Shown here: positions 6,248-15,673 of the stretch, piece after piece
Numbering within the stretch: the first letter of the stretch is position 1
Layout of the letters: each line of letters starts with the position of its first letter
DNA from: a virus
Taxonomy: Duplodnaviria; Caudoviricetes
IMG/VR virus record: IMGVR_UViG_3300025127_000148
Span: 1-31,075 of that record
Strand: one strand, 5' to 3'
DNA length: 31,075 bases
Notes under the pieces: model-generated
What the model saw: the letters and a program-made list of their open reading frames with translations, nothing else
What the model was told of the DNA's origin: nothing
The model's database searches: none
Translations under genes and position numbers: made by a program

Positions 6248-9200
6248 ATAATTCTTGTGTTTGTTCTTTTAATGCACCAGTTACAGTAGGTATCATCTCA
6301 CTAAGAGGCACACCTTCTTGATAATCTATTGGTACATTTACATCTTGAATAAATTTATTTCTTATTTTATCGTACTGCTCGTTTAATTCATTAACTCTTT
6401 TATTATATTCTAATTCAGTAATTTTACCACTAGCAACTTTATTTGCTTCAATTCTTATTTTCTCTTGTATACCTTTAACTTTTCTTCTAAACTCAAATCC
6501 TTTGATAGTTCTTAATCTTCCTACATCAGTTTTATTTATTTTAAAACCAAGAGTATTTAAAAATGCCATAAATTCAGTTTCGTCTCTTCTTAATGGTGAT
6601 TTATCTTCTCTAGCTTTTCTTATTCTTTCTGTTGAATACGAGCCTGGTACAAATGGAAAGTTAGGTATTAATTTTTTTAATGCAAAATTTGCTCTTACTG
6701 AAAAATCATCAAACTCAGAAACACCTTGCCCCTTAATTTTATCACCTCTAAATAAATCAAAACCTAACATAGGAAATAAAACTTCTCCAGCTATACCAAA
6801 ATTAGCTTGTAAAGGCTGTGGAACTAAAGGTATTGTTCCAGAGTTTAAATCAAATATATCTCCACCTGGTACAAATCTAGTTACATTAACATATCTAGAT
6901 GCATCTGTAGTAGGAATTTTTATATTCTTGTGAGGTAAAAAAGGTAATCCACCTACCTTACCTTTTTGTTCTTCTGTCATAGCTGCACGTTCTGCTTCTG
7001 GTGCACCTTCACCTAGTAACTCACCTAAATTATTTAATCCATATCCTAGCACTGCATATTTAGCATATTTCCAAGGTCTAACTACAGCTGTTTCTGCAAG
7101 TATAGGTACTACTCTGTATGTGTAAGCTAAAAAAGGTGTTGGTAAATTTCTTAAACCATTTATACCTGGTGCTTGAATATTATAATCAATGAAAGATTTT
7201 CTTGCATCTTGTGCTGCTCTAACTTTACTGTAACCTTTTTTTCTTCTATCCATATAAAGAGCAAGTCTAAATATAGAATCTTCTAAAGCATAATACTCAG
7301 ATAATTTTGCTAGTCCTAGTTTATTTTTTACAATTAAATCTTTGTATATAAAATCTGCTAAGTTTACTCCATTTTCAAAAACATCTTTATTAGGATCAAC
7401 ATTATAATATGCAGGTTTTATATTATCTGGGTCTAGTATGCCACCTTTTAATTCTTGTTTTACATAATTACTAGAAAATGCACCAAGGTTACTTGCCTCT
7501 TCTAATATTTTAACAGACTTACCTGCACTTTGATTTTTAAATGCTGTTACTGCTGCAGGTAAAAAACTAGCACTGCCATCAACTAAATCTAATAAAACTA
7601 AATTACTAACCATGTTATTAACATGAACAGTAGGATTCCATGCAGTTTTACTAGCTTTCCATACTTGATTTAGTGCTCTGTAACCTCTACCAAAAGTACT
7701 TGAAGGGCCTTCTGCAATTTTATTTATTTGAAAAATATTTTCATATATTTCTCTTGGTATAAATTTACCTGCTAATTTACCATAAGTTTTTTGTATAGTA
7801 CCTGATCTAGTAGAATCAGGAACTTTTACTAAATCTAATCTACTTATTTCATCAGCTGATGGTGCAGTCTTAGTAAAAGTTTGTGCAGCTAAGTCACCAT
7901 AAAATTTATATCTCGGTAAAGTTTGCGCCATTAATCTGCCAGTTTCCATGATAGCAAATGCACCATCTTCTATCTCAGACATACCAAGACGTTCTTGTTT
8001 CGTATATTCCCATCTAGCAGTTAGTATAGCTTGATTTGCTTTTTTAGGATCATTAGCTAATTTTTTTACTAATTGAGGTGTTGCTTTTTCAGACTCTCCG
8101 CCTACTTTGTCTACACCTTTTACCTTATCAACATTACCAAATAATTCCCAACCCTTGTGTCCTTGTAAACGAACAAGTTTACCTTCATTATTTAATCTAA
8201 ATGCTTTATTTTTACTAAATGAATTAACCCAATCTCTAGGTGTTATTTTTTCAAGAACACCCCTAGCTCTTAACTCAGAACCAATCTTTGATACATCTTT
8301 ACCACCATAAGTTCTTTTAATATATCTCTCTATATTTCTTTGTGCAGTTTCTTCTGTAATCAAACCTGCATCAATATACATTTGAGTTATTTTAGTAATT
8401 TGGTTTCTAGCTTTTTTACCTAACTGCGCTAAATCTTTTGGGACATCATTATATTTAATATCACCTTCCAGTAAATTGTATAATACTTTTCTTTCATCAG
8501 TAGTTAATTGATTTGCTTGCTGGTATATTCTTAAAAATGATAATTCAATTTTTTCTTTTAAACCAGATAAATCTTTTGTCTCTAATTCTTTTACAACTTT
8601 AGGAACTTTGTAGCCATCAACAAATGCTTTAGCTAAGAAACTTGCTATACTTAAATCTTTTTCTACATCATCTACACCTAATTTTTGTCTTCTACTTTCT
8701 TTTACAAAATCAGGAACTTGAGTTTTTTTAGCTAACTTTATACCGCCATATCCCATCATAAAGCCAAGAGCTGCTCTTGAAAATTTTTCGGTCACACCAC
8801 CTTGCAACTCTTCTGGTAGTTCTACACCAAATAATTTATCATCATCAGGTAATGCAAATCCATACAATGCACCTGCAGCACCTGTTCCAAACTCACCAGC
8901 TTTAGGTCCTACTGAAAAATAATCATCATAAATTTTTTGTGCTTTTTTAGTATAAGCACCTTTAATTTTTTCTGTACCTTCAGCTATTGGTTTAGTTACG
9001 GCTTGTATAGGTTTTGCTATAGGGTCTGTAACTGGTTTTACATAAGAACCTAATATAGTTTTAAAAAATTCTCTAGGGCCTCTTAATATATAATCCCTAT
9101 TAGTATCTTTTCCAGGTCTACCATCTAGTCTATCTATTTGTTTAAATTTTATTTTTTCTCTAACAATAGCTTCTACTTTACCTCTACCTTTTACTTTACC

Positions 9201-10010
9201 TTTTCTTTTACTTTTTTCTAAAGTTTTTCTTGTACCTTTAAAAACATCTTCTTCACCAGGTAAAGATATAGTTCTTTTTAAATTATCAGGTAGTTTTGCT
9301 ATATCTTCATCAACAGGTCTTTGCTCTTCTAAAAGTTTATTAACTTTTCTAATACCTGCAGCTTCTAAAGTTTTACCTATTGCTGGAGATAAAATAGCAC
9401 CACCTAAAGCACCAGCAGCTGCTTGTTTATATCTTTCATCAAATAATAAACTATTTTCATCTACATATCCTAGTGCACCTGCTAGTCCCCCAGAAACACC
9501 ACCAGCCATAGCCATTTGATAAAGTTTTCTACCTCTAAGTACAGGTATTAACCAAGTTACAGGATCTAATATTGCTCCACCAAAATATGCTGCAGCTATT
9601 AGTCCACCACCTTCACCTTGTAATGCTGCGTTTAATTTAGCTTGTTGTGTTTTTAAATCATCATCCATTAAAAACACTTTTTCACCACCAAAAAATTGCG
9701 TAACACCTCTAAACGTATCTGTTAAACCTAAGACAAAAGCATCACCAACACCAAATTCAGTATCAGGATTTGTGTAAAGTTTTGTAAGAGATTTATCTTG
9801 TTCTTCTTCTGGTAGTAAATCTTGAAATAAACCAGATTCGTTTAATTGATATTTTTCATCAGGTGTATCTGAAAATTTAAATTCATTTTTTATAGGCTCA
9901 TCTCTTTCTTCTTCAGATAAGAGATCAATAAACATATTATTAGATTTTGGTTTATCTTCAAAACCTCTATCCTCTTCAGGTAAGAGATCCTTAAATATAT
10001 TTTCAGCCAT
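6234..10010 (-). CDS. Large internal virion/ejection protein, 1258 aa
   Basis: Largest ORF, last of the post-fibre block; Gly/Ala-rich membrane-seeking segments (AMAGGVSGGLAGALG); helical C-terminal region with DY...PFLAYTYR typical of podophage ejectosome proteins. Confidence 0.75.
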   Translation of the reverse strand: MAENIFKDLLPEEDRGFEDKPKSNNMFIDLLSEEERDEPIKNEFKFSDTPDEKYQLNESGLFQDLLPEEEQDKSLTKLYTNPDTEFGVGDAFVLGLTDTFRGVTQFFGGEKVFLMDDDLKTQQAKLNAALQGEGGGLIAAAYFGGAILDPVTWLIPVLRGRKLYQMAMAGGVSGGLAGALGYVDENSLLFDERYKQAAAGALGGAILSPAIGKTLEAAGIRKVNKLLEEQRPVDEDIAKLPDNLKRTISLPGEEDVFKGTRKTLEKSKRKGKVKGRGKVEAIVREKIKFKQIDRLDGRPGKDTNRDYILRGPREFFKTILGSYVKPVTDPIAKPIQAVTKPIAEGTEKIKGAYTKKAQKIYDDYFSVGPKAGEFGTGAAGALYGFALPDDDKLFGVELPEELQGGVTEKFSRAALGFMMGYGGIKLAKKTQVPDFVKESRRQKLGVDDVEKDLSIASFLAKAFVDGYKVPKVVKELETKDLSGLKEKIELSFLRIYQQANQLTTDERKVLYNLLEGDIKYNDVPKDLAQLGKKARNQITKITQMYIDAGLITEETAQRNIERYIKRTYGGKDVSKIGSELRARGVLEKITPRDWVNSFSKNKAFRLNNEGKLVRLQGHKGWELFGNVDKVKGVDKVGGESEKATPQLVKKLANDPKKANQAILTARWEYTKQERLGMSEIEDGAFAIMETGRLMAQTLPRYKFYGDLAAQTFTKTAPSADEISRLDLVKVPDSTRSGTIQKTYGKLAGKFIPREIYENIFQINKIAEGPSSTFGRGYRALNQVWKASKTAWNPTVHVNNMVSNLVLLDLVDGSASFLPAAVTAFKNQSAGKSVKILEEASNLGAFSSNYVKQELKGGILDPDNIKPAYYNVDPNKDVFENGVNLADFIYKDLIVKNKLGLAKLSEYYALEDSIFRLALYMDRRKKGYSKVRAAQDARKSFIDYNIQAPGINGLRNLPTPFLAYTYRVVPILAETAVVRPWKYAKYAVLGYGLNNLGELLGEGAPEAERAAMTEEQKGKVGGLPFLPHKNIKIPTTDASRYVNVTRFVPGGDIFDLNSGTIPLVPQPLQANFGIAGEVLFPMLGFDLFRGDKIKGQGVSEFDDFSVRANFALKKLIPNFPFVPGSYSTERIRKAREDKSPLRRDETEFMAFLNTLGFKINKTDVGRLRTIKGFEFRRKVKGIQEKIRIEANKVASGKITELEYNKRVNELNEQYDKIRNKFIQDVNVPIDYQEGVPLSEMIPTVTGALKEQTQELFGKN

Positions 10011-10019
10011 AATTATAAA

Positions 10020-11240
10020 TTAAATTTGTCTTAATATAGATTCATTAAACGCACCCAGTTCTTTAAGTCTTTCTATAGCACGCCCTCTTGCCTGTTCTAC
10101 TCTTTTAATTTTTTCTTCTTCAGATAATACCTGACTATCATTTATTTTAGCTGTGATTTCTCTTAAATCATTAATTACTGTTGCTGGAGATCCACTAGCA
10201 CCACTCGGTATTTCAGTAGTTATTTTAGGATCTTCTCCAACATCTACTTTACTAACAGCTGGCGTATCAAATTTTTTACCATCACCTGGCATAGCCCCTA
10301 CATCTGTTGGACCTACATCTGCTGGTTGTGCTTGTGTAGTACCTAAAGGTAATGTACCTGTAAAACCTTTAATACCTCTTCGATCTAATACACCTTGAAC
10401 AAATTTATCTCTTGCATAATTTGTAAAACCAAGATTATAGCCATTATTAACCGCATCATCATATCCTTGTTTTATAAATTGCAATGTTACATATCTAGCA
10501 TCTCTAAAACTACCATCTGGATTTTTATCAGCGGGTATAGAAAAATTATATTTATTTTGAACCCTATCAAAAAATTGTTTATCAAAAGCTCCTGCAGCTA
10601 TTTTTTCAAGTTGAAGATGTTTAGGATTATTAATATCATATGTTTCATCAACAATATCTAGTAACCCACCAGTTTGATCTACAGTTGGCTGCATTTCTGT
10701 ATCCATTTTAGAAGGCTGCTTAACTCCTACCTCTGCAATATCCTCACCTTCGTTAGGAAAAAATACACTCATAACATTCATATCTCCAGGACCACCTGGC
10801 ATAGTTTGAAATTGTTTTCTTACAAATGCATTTTTTTCATCAAATGATTCAGCTCTTTTTTTTCTTCTTTCATTAAATGACGTTTCAATATTTTTTATTT
10901 GTTCAGGTTTAAGTTCAGCTACTCTCTTTAAAAATATTTCAGTTTGTTGTGCATTAGTAGTAGCAAATCCACCAGCTTCACTATCTGCAAATTGAGCAAA
11001 TGGTAAACCTTTATCTCTTTTTATTTTAAGAAAATTATTATATCTTTCTTCTTCTTGTTTAATAAAATTTGGTCTATCTTCATTAAAATATTGTTCAGTC
11101 GCTAATTCTATATATTTAGCATTTCGTGCATCAGCTGCCCTAGTATTTTCTATCTTTTCTGTTAAATAACCTATTGCAATATTTCTAGCAGGTCTTCCTA
11201 CTTCTTTTGCTACGTCTGCTATTTTATCAAAAAAACCCAT
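10020..11240 (-). CDS. Putative internal virion/ejection protein, 406 aa
   Basis: Position in the ejection block; amphipathic N-terminus MGFFDKIADVAKEVG, helical body. Confidence 0.6.
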   Translation of the reverse strand: MGFFDKIADVAKEVGRPARNIAIGYLTEKIENTRAADARNAKYIELATEQYFNEDRPNFIKQEEERYNNFLKIKRDKGLPFAQFADSEAGGFATTNAQQTEIFLKRVAELKPEQIKNIETSFNERRKKRAESFDEKNAFVRKQFQTMPGGPGDMNVMSVFFPNEGEDIAEVGVKQPSKMDTEMQPTVDQTGGLLDIVDETYDINNPKHLQLEKIAAGAFDKQFFDRVQNKYNFSIPADKNPDGSFRDARYVTLQFIKQGYDDAVNNGYNLGFTNYARDKFVQGVLDRRGIKGFTGTLPLGTTQAQPADVGPTDVGAMPGDGKKFDTPAVSKVDVGEDPKITTEIPSGASGSPATVINDLREITAKINDSQVLSEEEKIKRVEQARGRAIERLKELGAFNESILRQI

Positions 11241-11242
11241 TA

Positions 11243-11731
11243 TTAAATCTCCTCAGTCTCAGGCTTAGACATTATACCTTTTTGTTTAATTTCTTCTTGA
11301 ACTTCTTGTCCTATTCTTTTTGCTTCTTGTTTTAATCTAACTGCTGACCTTATTTCATTTTTATTTGTAATATCATCCATAGATACTTTAATATCTTTAA
11401 TACCTGCCATTACACCTATAGTTAAAATCATTTTCATTACAGGCTCTGCAATTATAAAAGCTACATCTGGAGTAAATTTTCCATTTAAAAATCCACCAAA
11501 TAATGCTGCTCTACCTATAGCTTCTACAGGTACACCTGCATCTAACAAAGCTATAACTTGCTCTGCAATTTCTGGCTCTGACATTTTATCCCATAAGTAA
11601 TCTGCAGCTTCATCTGTTTCTACAAATTGTGGCGGATGTTCCCAAGGGTAATTGCCTGGCTCATCTGTTAGTGACTGTCCAGGAATTGGGGTATCAAATG
11701 GGTTTCCTATACCTTCTCCAAATTCATCCAT
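11243..11731 (-). CDS. Conserved phage protein, 162 aa (ejection-block associated)
   Basis: AAGGAG SD; PFDTPIPGQSLT.EP..YPWE.PPQF motif recalled from HMO-2011-like phages. Confidence 0.75.
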   Translation of the reverse strand: MDEFGEGIGNPFDTPIPGQSLTDEPGNYPWEHPPQFVETDEAADYLWDKMSEPEIAEQVIALLDAGVPVEAIGRAALFGGFLNGKFTPDVAFIIAEPVMKMILTIGVMAGIKDIKVSMDDITNKNEIRSAVRLKQEAKRIGQEVQEEIKQKGIMSKPETEEI

Positions 11732-11740
11732 AATATCTCC

Positions 11741-12091
11741 TTATACTACTTTTCCTTTTACTGTTCTAGCAACTTTATATTTTTGTGTGTAATACTTACC
11801 TAGTCTTGCATCCCATGCAGCATATAATGTCTCAGGGCTAACTGTTCTTGCATAATCTACAGCTGCTCTAGAGCTTGATGGCCTACTATATCCCATTCTA
11901 CCGCCAAACCTTGGCATTTGTACATTTGTATCTACAGGGCTAAATGGACCACTATCTACACCTTCTATTTTAGTAAATAATTTATCTGTAAACCCTGTAA
12001 CGGCAGTAGTTACACCAGTGGGTACACCAAGTTTACCTGCTCCCCAAGTTATTGCAGCTTTTGTAGCTTTTTTTAATATATCTCTAATCAT
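11741..12091 (-). CDS. Hypothetical protein, 116 aa, possible small ejection protein
   Basis: GAGG SD; amphipathic Gly/Ala/Thr N-terminus, basic C-terminus. Confidence 0.7.
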   Translation of the reverse strand: MIRDILKKATKAAITWGAGKLGVPTGVTTAVTGFTDKLFTKIEGVDSGPFSPVDTNVQMPRFGGRMGYSRPSSSRAAVDYARTVSPETLYAAWDARLGKYYTQKYKVARTVKGKVV

Positions 12092-12100
12092 TAATTACCT

Positions 12101-13498
12101 CTATAAACTAAATCCAAATTTACCAATCAATTGATACAGTGCATCTTTAGATGCTTGATCTTGTAATTCAAAAGCTGTAGATCTTTCCATAGCTGCCATA
12201 GCTAAGTTATGATTTCTATTCTCTGCATTTTCTGAAGAAGTATTTACCCATGATGCTTCATCTCTCCATTGTTGCCATAAAGATGATAAGGCCCAGTTAG
12301 ATAAATTTAATATGTTTTGTGCATTAGCTTGATTAGCAGCGTTTACTGCAGCTGTATTAGCTGTGTTAATAGCTCTTCTCCAAACTACGTTTGATTGGTC
12401 AATTTCTTTTTGATTGTTAACATTAAACTGTTGTCTTTGATTCTCTAGTGTTGCATTGTATTGATTTAAAGTAGCTTCTCTTTTTGCATTAGCTTCGTTT
12501 ACTGCAATAGTATTTTGTGTATTTAATGCATTAACTTTACTTTTTTCTGCTTCAGCAAATTTATTCATTGCATCTATTCTAGCAGAGTTTTGTTCAGTTA
12601 TAGTTGCACTTAGTTTATCATAAAATTGATTGACTTGATTTTGACTAGATGCATTAAATTGAAATGCAGCATTAGCAGCAGCTTGGTCTGATAATAAAAA
12701 TGATTGTCTAGTATTTAAGTTTGCTAAATTAGCTTGTTGTTTGTTAGACAAATTAGCCATATCCATTTTAAGATATGCTTGTGCATTAGTGATATTAGCT
12801 TGTTGATTATTCGACAAGTTTTGAAATATCATCTGCTTATATGTAGCAGCATCTTGTGCAGCTATAGGTATAGCAGATTGCATAATACCTTCAGCTAATG
12901 CTTCAGCTGCCATTGAACTAGCACTTAAACCTCTATTAGCCATTGCGGCTTCAGTAGCTTTTGCAGCACCTCTAGCCCATACTGGTAGGGGATTACCAGA
13001 AGCTAATGCCGTTTGTACTTCATTCTGTAATGTTTGTAATTGTCCTTTTACTGTAGCATCAGATGTAATAGTTCCTTGAGCTGCAGTCATAGGAGCTGAT
13101 ACAGTTCCAGTTGCAGCAGTAACTGTAGGAGTAGATCCTGCAACTTGTGCAGCTGTCATAGTTTGTGCAGCTTGTGCAGTTGGTGCTGTAGTAGTTGCAG
13201 CTGTTAATGCACCTGGTGCAGCTATAGTTGGTGCTGCGGCAGTTGTAGGTACAGCAGCTGATAAACCTGTACCTGGTGTTGCAGCTGTTACAGTAACAGG
13301 AGCTTGTCCTGGTTGTCCTAATAATTCTGTTGTCCCAGTTTGCTGTAATTGAGGATTAATTGTTGTGCCTTTAGGTAGACTAGGTGTACCCGCTGCTAAA
13401 CTCTCTATAAGACTTACAGCTTTGGCACTACCTGTTTGCTCTGTTTGAGTAGGTGCTACTGAGCCTTTTTGTAGTTTTATTTCATCTGGTGTTGCCAT
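12101..13498 (-). CDS. Ala/Thr- and Gln/Asn-rich ejection (DNA pilot-like) protein
   Basis: Low-complexity A/T/P N-terminal third; PVWARGA...MANRGL.ASSMA motif; 11-residue Q/N periodicity. Confidence 0.75.
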   Translation of the reverse strand: MATPDEIKLQKGSVAPTQTEQTGSAKAVSLIESLAAGTPSLPKGTTINPQLQQTGTTELLGQPGQAPVTVTAATPGTGLSAAVPTTAAAPTIAAPGALTAATTTAPTAQAAQTMTAAQVAGSTPTVTAATGTVSAPMTAAQGTITSDATVKGQLQTLQNEVQTALASGNPLPVWARGAAKATEAAMANRGLSASSMAAEALAEGIMQSAIPIAAQDAATYKQMIFQNLSNNQQANITNAQAYLKMDMANLSNKQQANLANLNTRQSFLLSDQAAANAAFQFNASSQNQVNQFYDKLSATITEQNSARIDAMNKFAEAEKSKVNALNTQNTIAVNEANAKREATLNQYNATLENQRQQFNVNNQKEIDQSNVVWRRAINTANTAAVNAANQANAQNILNLSNWALSSLWQQWRDEASWVNTSSENAENRNHNLAMAAMERSTAFELQDQASKDALYQLIGKFGFSL

Positions 13499-13623
13499 TA
13501 TCTTCCTTGTCTATTGTATTTTTTTTGTGATCTTTTTTCTGATTTATTTTTATTTTTTTTGTGAACCCTTGGTCTTTTTTTTGGCTTTGGCCTTTCTACG
13601 TATGCTTTAAACTTACGTGCCAT
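13498..13623 (-). CDS. 41-aa extremely basic peptide
   Basis: Hand translation MARKFKAYVERPKPKKRPRVHKKNKNKSEKRSQKKYNRQGR; TAATG coupling at both ends (13623 and 13498). Confidence 0.8.
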   Translation of the reverse strand: MARKFKAYVERPKPKKRPRVHKKNKNKSEKRSQKKYNRQGR

Positions 13624-13910
13624 TAGGGTTTAGTTGGCCATGTTACATTATTAACATCTTCAACTGTTGTAAGTCCATTTGTTATGTCTCTTAAATTTTT
13701 TCTGTAAGCACTCATGTCAGCAGATAATGTATGATCTGATAATGCTAAATAATCTGTCTCAGCGAGTAGTGTATTTCTTTTATCTCTTAAAACTTCCATT
13801 GCTCTATCAAAAGCACCGTCTGCCCATGCTTTATCTTCAGCATCTCTTACAGCTTCTTCTTCTGCTGTAAAGGGTATTCTAATTCCATTTACTAATTTTG
13901 TTCTTGCCAT
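13623..13910 (-). CDS. Tail fibre assembly chaperone-like protein
   Basis: LRDKRNTLLAETDY...YRKNLRDI...VTWPTKP is the Tfa/Phage_tail_APC-type signature. Confidence 0.85.
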   Translation of the reverse strand: MARTKLVNGIRIPFTAEEEAVRDAEDKAWADGAFDRAMEVLRDKRNTLLAETDYLALSDHTLSADMSAYRKNLRDITNGLTTVEDVNNVTWPTKP

Positions 13911-14470
13911 TATGTTCTAACTCCATAGATTGTAATTGTTCCACTTGATAGATTACCGCTTGATGAGGCAAACTTTATATTGTTTACTGCCGCAGTTACA
14001 TTTGTTGTTCCACTAATTCCCATTTGCATTGCTACTGTACCACCAGTATCTGCAAAAGCTGACATATAAGTGCAAAATTTATCTGCTGCTGAATTTCTTA
14101 AACCATGATACATAGCTTCAAAATTTGTTTTTTCTCCAGTGTCTGCTCCTGAATTAAATCTAGTTCCTGATATTCTTAATGATTCTTTATTTGCTGCACC
14201 TCTAAATGTTGAGGTGCTATCACTATCTGAAGATCTTCCTGAATGTAATGCTTGAGCATAGCCACTAGTTGAGTAGCTTGACCCATTATCTGTTGAAAGA
14301 GTAACTTGTATTCTTTGGTCGTCACTAGCAAGAACTATATTTGACCCAATAACTTTGTATGTTTGATAAGCATCAGTAATAATAGTATTATCAAAAGTTA
14401 CTGCAGCATCATTACTAATTGTTGCTGTTGAAAGTTTTACTAAACCATTAGTGCTTACTATTATTGACAT
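13910..14470 (-). CDS. Tail fibre tip / receptor-binding beta-sandwich protein
   Basis: AGGAG SD; S/T/G-rich; ends AVNNIKF.SSSGNLSSGTITIYGV, a fibre C-terminal pattern; followed by a chaperone gene. Confidence 0.7.
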   Translation of the reverse strand: MSIIVSTNGLVKLSTATISNDAAVTFDNTIITDAYQTYKVIGSNIVLASDDQRIQVTLSTDNGSSYSTSGYAQALHSGRSSDSDSTSTFRGAANKESLRISGTRFNSGADTGEKTNFEAMYHGLRNSAADKFCTYMSAFADTGGTVAMQMGISGTTNVTAAVNNIKFASSSGNLSSGTITIYGVRT

Positions 14471-14492
14471 ATTTTTAATCTCCTATCAATTG

Positions 14493-14810
14493 TTATCCTT
14501 TAGGGTTATCGTCTTTAATTTTTTTAATTCTTGTTTTCCATGCATCTATGTCTTTATAGATTTCATCTAGCTGATCCCCTATGTCTCCATATAATTTTTT
14601 ACGAGTAGCTCTAACTGTGTTATTAGATTCTTCAGTATTACCCGCAGTTTCGTATGATGCTATTTGGGAGTCTGTTGGCTTATCAAAACTATAAGCCCAA
14701 GATTTAATATAATCTCCAGAACCATCATTTTGTAAAGATACTTTTGTATCGTTCCATGTATCAGAGTTAGCCTCTATATAAAGTTTTACTTTTGTGTAAA
14801 GTGATGCCAT
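14493..14810 (-). CDS. XkdW-like / fibre chaperone-like protein
   Basis: LQNDGSGDYIKSW...KPTDSQ N-half and R...Y..IGDQLD.IY....W...I..IK..NPK C-half; follows a fibre gene. Confidence 0.65.
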   Translation of the reverse strand: MASLYTKVKLYIEANSDTWNDTKVSLQNDGSGDYIKSWAYSFDKPTDSQIASYETAGNTEESNNTVRATRKKLYGDIGDQLDEIYKDIDAWKTRIKKIKDDNPKG

Positions 14811-14812
14811 TA

Positions 14813-15655
14813 TTATGCTCCTATAATTCTATGTGCCATAAATCTTACTTCATAACTACTTCTTGTATTTTCACTTTGTCCAGCATTTTGTCTAGTATAA
14901 ATTTCTAAGTAATCATCAGCATCTAAATCAACTATAAGAGTAGCTGAAACTCTTGTATCAGCATCAGATCCTGTTCCATTATAAGCTAATTCACTATATA
15001 GTGAAGAACCATTTTTATATGGATAAATCCCTACATATGCACCAGCTGGGTGATTAGTCATAGAGACAACAGCTGTCATTAAATACTTACCTACTACACC
15101 AGGGGTAAAACGACTGCTTGCAAATGTACCATCACTATCAAATAATTCTGTATCAAAAGTAACTTTAGTAGTTGTATTGTTTGATATTGTTTGAGCACCA
15201 CTTTTATAAGCAAGAAAAGATGGTGTATTAGAAATTAAACTAAAATCAATTCTTTTTAAAGTGCCTGCATCCGATACAAGAAGTTCATCAGTTGAAGCAG
15301 GTTCGCTAGTTAAAGCGGTTGTTCCTGAAATAATATCATTATTTAATTTAGCAGCGGTCACTGTATTATCTGAAGGTGTACCTAAGTCTAATACATTACC
15401 TAATAATATTACAAAATCAATAGAATCTGTTGTTGCTAGATTTGATGCAAAGGTCAGGGTAGACCCTGAAACTGTATAAGAATCTGTTGGTGCTTGAATT
15501 ACCCCATTAAGTGATACTAGTATATGATTGGGACTTTCTGGGGACACGTTAGAACCGCCTACCTGTAGGGTATAGGCAGCCTGTCCATTGACGACACTAA
15601 TAGCATCGCACTTTTGAAAGTTTCCGACTGTCGGTGTTTTTCCTATGTAGGCCAT
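14813..15655 (-). CDS. Tail fibre protein with C-terminal C1q/TNF-like head
   Basis: MAYIGKTP start; VSLNGVIQAP..YTVSGSTLTF domain; PSFLAY...KVTFDTELFD...F...RFTP...GKYL...LDADDYLEIY is a C1q pattern; AAGGAG SD. Confidence 0.8.
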   Translation of the reverse strand: MAYIGKTPTVGNFQKCDAISVVNGQAAYTLQVGGSNVSPESPNHILVSLNGVIQAPTDSYTVSGSTLTFASNLATTDSIDFVILLGNVLDLGTPSDNTVTAAKLNNDIISGTTALTSEPASTDELLVSDAGTLKRIDFSLISNTPSFLAYKSGAQTISNNTTTKVTFDTELFDSDGTFASSRFTPGVVGKYLMTAVVSMTNHPAGAYVGIYPYKNGSSLYSELAYNGTGSDADTRVSATLIVDLDADDYLEIYTRQNAGQSENTRSSYEVRFMAHRIIGA

Positions 15656-15673
15656 ATTTCTCCTTAATTAATT

